From the NCBI GenBank assembly GCA_030141605.1, contig JAQGDQ010000255.1:243746-307745 (forward strand): a DNA stretch of 64,000 nucleotides, read 5' to 3'. The notes beneath the pieces were generated by a model. It did not search any database and was not told the DNA's origin. It saw nothing but the letters and a program-made list of their open reading frames with translations. A program made the position numbers and the translations under genes. Source of the stretch: Tubiluchus corallicola (lineage: Eukaryota > Animalia > Priapulida). Within the stretch, counting starts at the first letter, position 1. The number at the start of each line of letters is the position of its first letter. Below, piece after piece: positions 61,501 through 64,000 of the stretch.

Positions 61501-61863
61501 CGTTTGTTCGTTGAATCTTTATAATAAAATTTACTATGGCGAATCGTTTATTGAAGCGGATATTGTTCTTGTTATAAAGAATTAAAAAAAAATCATGCAA
61601 TGCTTATACTTACCTTTTCGTAAGGGCCCCACCGCTTGGCCAGTTTCTTGTGTAATAGGTAATCTGGATGCAGATGCATGTAATGACCAGCTTCTCCGCA
61701 AAGATTGGGATTCATTACGTATGGTTCGATTATGTCATTGTTCAAATAATCAATCTGTACATCGGCCACATCAAAAGATTCGTTGAGGGCAGGATGGTAG
61801 GCTGGCTTGCTGCTCCAAGATTTCGGAATCACAACTGAGATTTCTTTAAAATAGGCTCGTCTC
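47018..61863 (-). CDS. CLCA: calcium-activated chloride channel regulator (CLCA) family protein, single-pass membrane form; 16 exons seen, N-terminal exon(s) outside window
   Basis: Exons (-): 61614-61863, 61159-61291, 59644-59783, 58876-58980, 57731-57916, 56501-56705, 55025-55155, 54625-54793, 53737-54002, 52725-52902, 52419-52514, 52111-52190, 51696-51858, 50722-50841, 49548-49721, 47018-47286. Phases are consistent (2665 nt). Motifs: YFKEISVVIPKSW, CGEAGHYMHL, HEWAHLRWGVYDEY, HNREAPNQQNRKC, VWA MIDAS VLVLDTSGSM/TSIG/SDGEE, LLDNGLGAD...NDGVYS, FN3-like PPADITDL...WTAPG, C-terminal TM. Confidence 0.95.
47487..47700 (+). mobile_element. 5S-rRNA-like SINE remnant
   Basis: GTCTGGTTAGTAAGCGAATGGGTGACCGCTTGAAAA aligns by eye to the 5S internal element/C box. 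The 5' half of 5S is absent, so this is not a 5S gene. The 3' boundary is approximate. Confidence 0.55.
49274..49318 (+). mobile_element. degenerate 5S-like SINE fragment
   Basis: ACCAAAGTTAAGTAACC...GTCAGTAAAAGGATGGT, same motif order as 5379 and 47487. Confidence 0.4.
49914..50106. repeat. ~14-15-bp minisatellite (AAAATGGCACAGGA-like units)
   Basis: About a dozen degenerate tandem units; explains the repetitive pseudo-ORFs 49697-50082. Confidence 0.85.
52582..52699. repeat. (CT)n microsatellite
   Basis: Visible directly, in a CLCA intron. Confidence 0.95.
54078..54222. repeat. degenerate (ATC/GTC)n trinucleotide repeat
   Basis: Visible directly; intronic. Confidence 0.8.
55462..55519. 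repeat. (ATG)n microsatellite
   Basis: Visible directly. Confidence 0.95.
56337..56440. repeat. compound (GACT)n-(CACT)n microsatellite
   Basis: Visible directly. Confidence 0.95.
58697..58770 (-). mobile_element. possible tRNA-derived SINE head
   Basis: Minus strand has an A-box-like TGATTGTGTAG and B-box-like GGTCTCGAATCC at tRNA-like spacing; no cloverleaf evident. Confidence 0.3.
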
Positions 61864-62394
61864 CTGTAATGAGGCGTGGAAGAATAGCGTGGAGGTAATA
61901 CGAATTGTTTACAGTCAATTTAGGATGTAAGTACGATAACTAAAAAATCAGCCAAATCTGTAGTCATTCGTAATTTTATGGGCAAAGTGACCAGTCATAA
62001 TGAATTGCTGTGATTACTTTTAATTTTTTTTATGAAGCAAATGTACATAGGAGTTTCATGGCAGGGAAGTAAGTTTTACATTTTTCTGAAAACATCCATT
62101 TTGATACTATTGTGTTTTAAACAACTTACTTTTAAATTAAGTCTCTTCTTATCTAATATGTTTATAGTTTGTACTAGTTTTTAATAATGTATATCATCTT
62201 TTTTATATGTGTCGCCTATTTAAATGTAGGTAATATAAAAACTGTACTTTCCTCGACTGAATTCAATAAATAAATAAATGGAAATGATAATTTTTTACTA
62301 ACAAGTGTAAAAAATTGCATTAACCTATGCCAAAGAAAGAGAGAAAAACAAGGAGAATGAGACAGAGAGACAGATAGGCGGACGGACGATCGGT

Positions 62395-62400
<6 letters not shown>

Positions 62401-62426
<26 letters not shown>

Positions 62427-62557
62427 CAGTCAGTCAGTCAGTCAGTCAGTCAGTCAGTCAGTCAGTCAGTCAGTCAGTCAGTCAGTCAGTCAGTCAGTCA
62501 GTCAGTCAGTCAGTCAGTCAGTCAGTCAGTCAGTCAGACAGACAGACAGGCAGACAG
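62401..62557. repeat. (GTCA)n/(GACA)n microsatellite
   Basis: Visible directly. Confidence 0.95.
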
Positions 62558-63639
62558 ATGGAACAGAGAGAGAAAGACAGCGACAGAGAAAGGGAATAAG
62601 TGGTGTGAAACATCTTGCAGGAGAAAAACTATTTCACTGTTACAGTGTATTTGTATGAATCTCTGCGTTAAAGAAGAGGTCATCAGTAGTTGTCATGCTT
62701 CAATGGAGTATGTGGACACCTCCTCATGGCGCCGCAACAGCCAAGGTGTATGCTGCCGCTGTTGGGGTTATGGTAATATAGCGGAATTGCCAGGTAGAAT
62801 ATGAGCTTCCTTTGACACAGAGATCTTATGAATAACAGGAAAACTAAAAGGGGAAAAAGTAAAGGGAGCAGAAACAAAAACGACGGAAACTCTGAGTAGC
62901 TTTTACTTCACGTCTGACCTGGAATATTCTTAGTGTAAAAGAATTTAAAGAAAAAAATTGTTTCCATGCGTGTTTAACTTTGGTTTTTGTGAAAATGTTA
63001 GCACACGTTTTTCACTAGTGGTACGTTACTCGCGAAAGTGTTTGGTATTCAGGAAATTTCCATTCGATGGTCTAAAGTATGTTTTCCTTTACATCTGAGA
63101 AGTACAAGCTTTTTGTGTAAACAAAACCGAATTGAGCTAGTTTTGTTTCAGCCGAATTCCGCTCTAACATCCATGTTTTTGTAACATTCATGCGCAAAAA
63201 CCAACTCAAATTACTGCGCAAGGATTATTTTGTTTCCGATATTTTGTTTTTCGGAATAATCTCGGGTCGAATGGATAGCTATTAGTTTACTGGTACGAGG
63301 CACTATAATGAGGGAAGAATACACCAAGGAGTAGGAGACTACAGTTTAGGGAGAAGGAATACGAGCTCCAGAAAGCGACAGAGCTGCACCAGTTTTTATG
63401 TTTTAATGAGATTAACACATAGCTCTATTTCGCAGACGAAAAAAGTCGTGAATATTTTAAATTAGTGTCTACGAGTCCGATTTGCAAACTGGAGGAAACT
63501 TTGTAAAATGAATTCTAATAGAGCAGCCATGATTTCCATATGAATGTTTCTTTTCTCTGCGAATATTTGAAAAAATTGTGTTTTACAAAATATTGAATTC
63601 GATCATTACAAGAGGGTAAAAATATTAGAATTTAAAATC

Positions 63640-63852
63640 TAATTAAAGAAACGAAAAAAAGAAAAGCAAAGAAACCGGAGAGAAGAGACGGAAGAAAAAC
63701 GAAAAAAGAAAAAAGATGAAAGAAGACGGAGTAGAAAAGGAAAGAAGTGAAAGAAAGGAACGGAAGAGATGGTAGAGAATGAGACCGAAAAGAAAACATT
63801 AAAAAAGAATACAAAGAAAGGCAAGAAGAAGAAAACGAAAAAAAGAAAATGG
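63640..63852. repeat. A/G-rich low-complexity tract
   Basis: Visible directly; source of the Phe/Ser-rich pseudo-ORFs. Confidence 0.8.
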
Positions 63853-64000
63853 AATATATTCATGATCTAAACGACTTTTTTCTAACGAAAAAAAGTAGTT
63901 CTATGAAACTCAATTCTGGTTTGCTCGTTTTATTAAACTAATTCATCTTGTAGATTTGGTGATTGACTTTGATAACTTTTAGTTCTTCGCCATCCTTTCG

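Noticed and set aside
62683-62877. ORF with a hydrophobic N-terminus as the possible CLCA signal-peptide exon
   Set aside because: Non-ATG start in a pyrimidine-rich tract, no CLCA N-terminal similarity and no suitable phase-2 donor seen.

Overview
AT-rich, intron-rich eukaryotic DNA. The tropomyosin signatures point to an invertebrate, most likely an ecdysozoan. It holds three multi-exon genes, all on the minus strand, assembled by hand from GT-AG sites with consistent phases. (1) SCAPER: 19 coding exons at 2816-20599, 3' end outside the window. (2) A complete tropomyosin gene at 25406-41920. (3) A CLCA-family metalloprotease/VWA membrane protein: 16 exons at 47018-61863, 5' end outside the window. 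The standout is the tropomyosin locus, with two first exons, FIVE tandem 118-nt versions of exon 4, two 71-nt versions of exon 5 and at least two terminal exons, giving at least 40 possible 284/248-aa isoforms. The exon-4 array is dense in UGCAUG motifs and contains a short intronic segment complementary to the 3' splice sites of several variants, a candidate RNA-structure selector. Introns also carry hAT-type MITEs with 8-bp TSDs, 5S-like SINE remnants, a 149-bp hairpin and simple repeats. No database searches were run; homologies are recalled from knowledge of the families.
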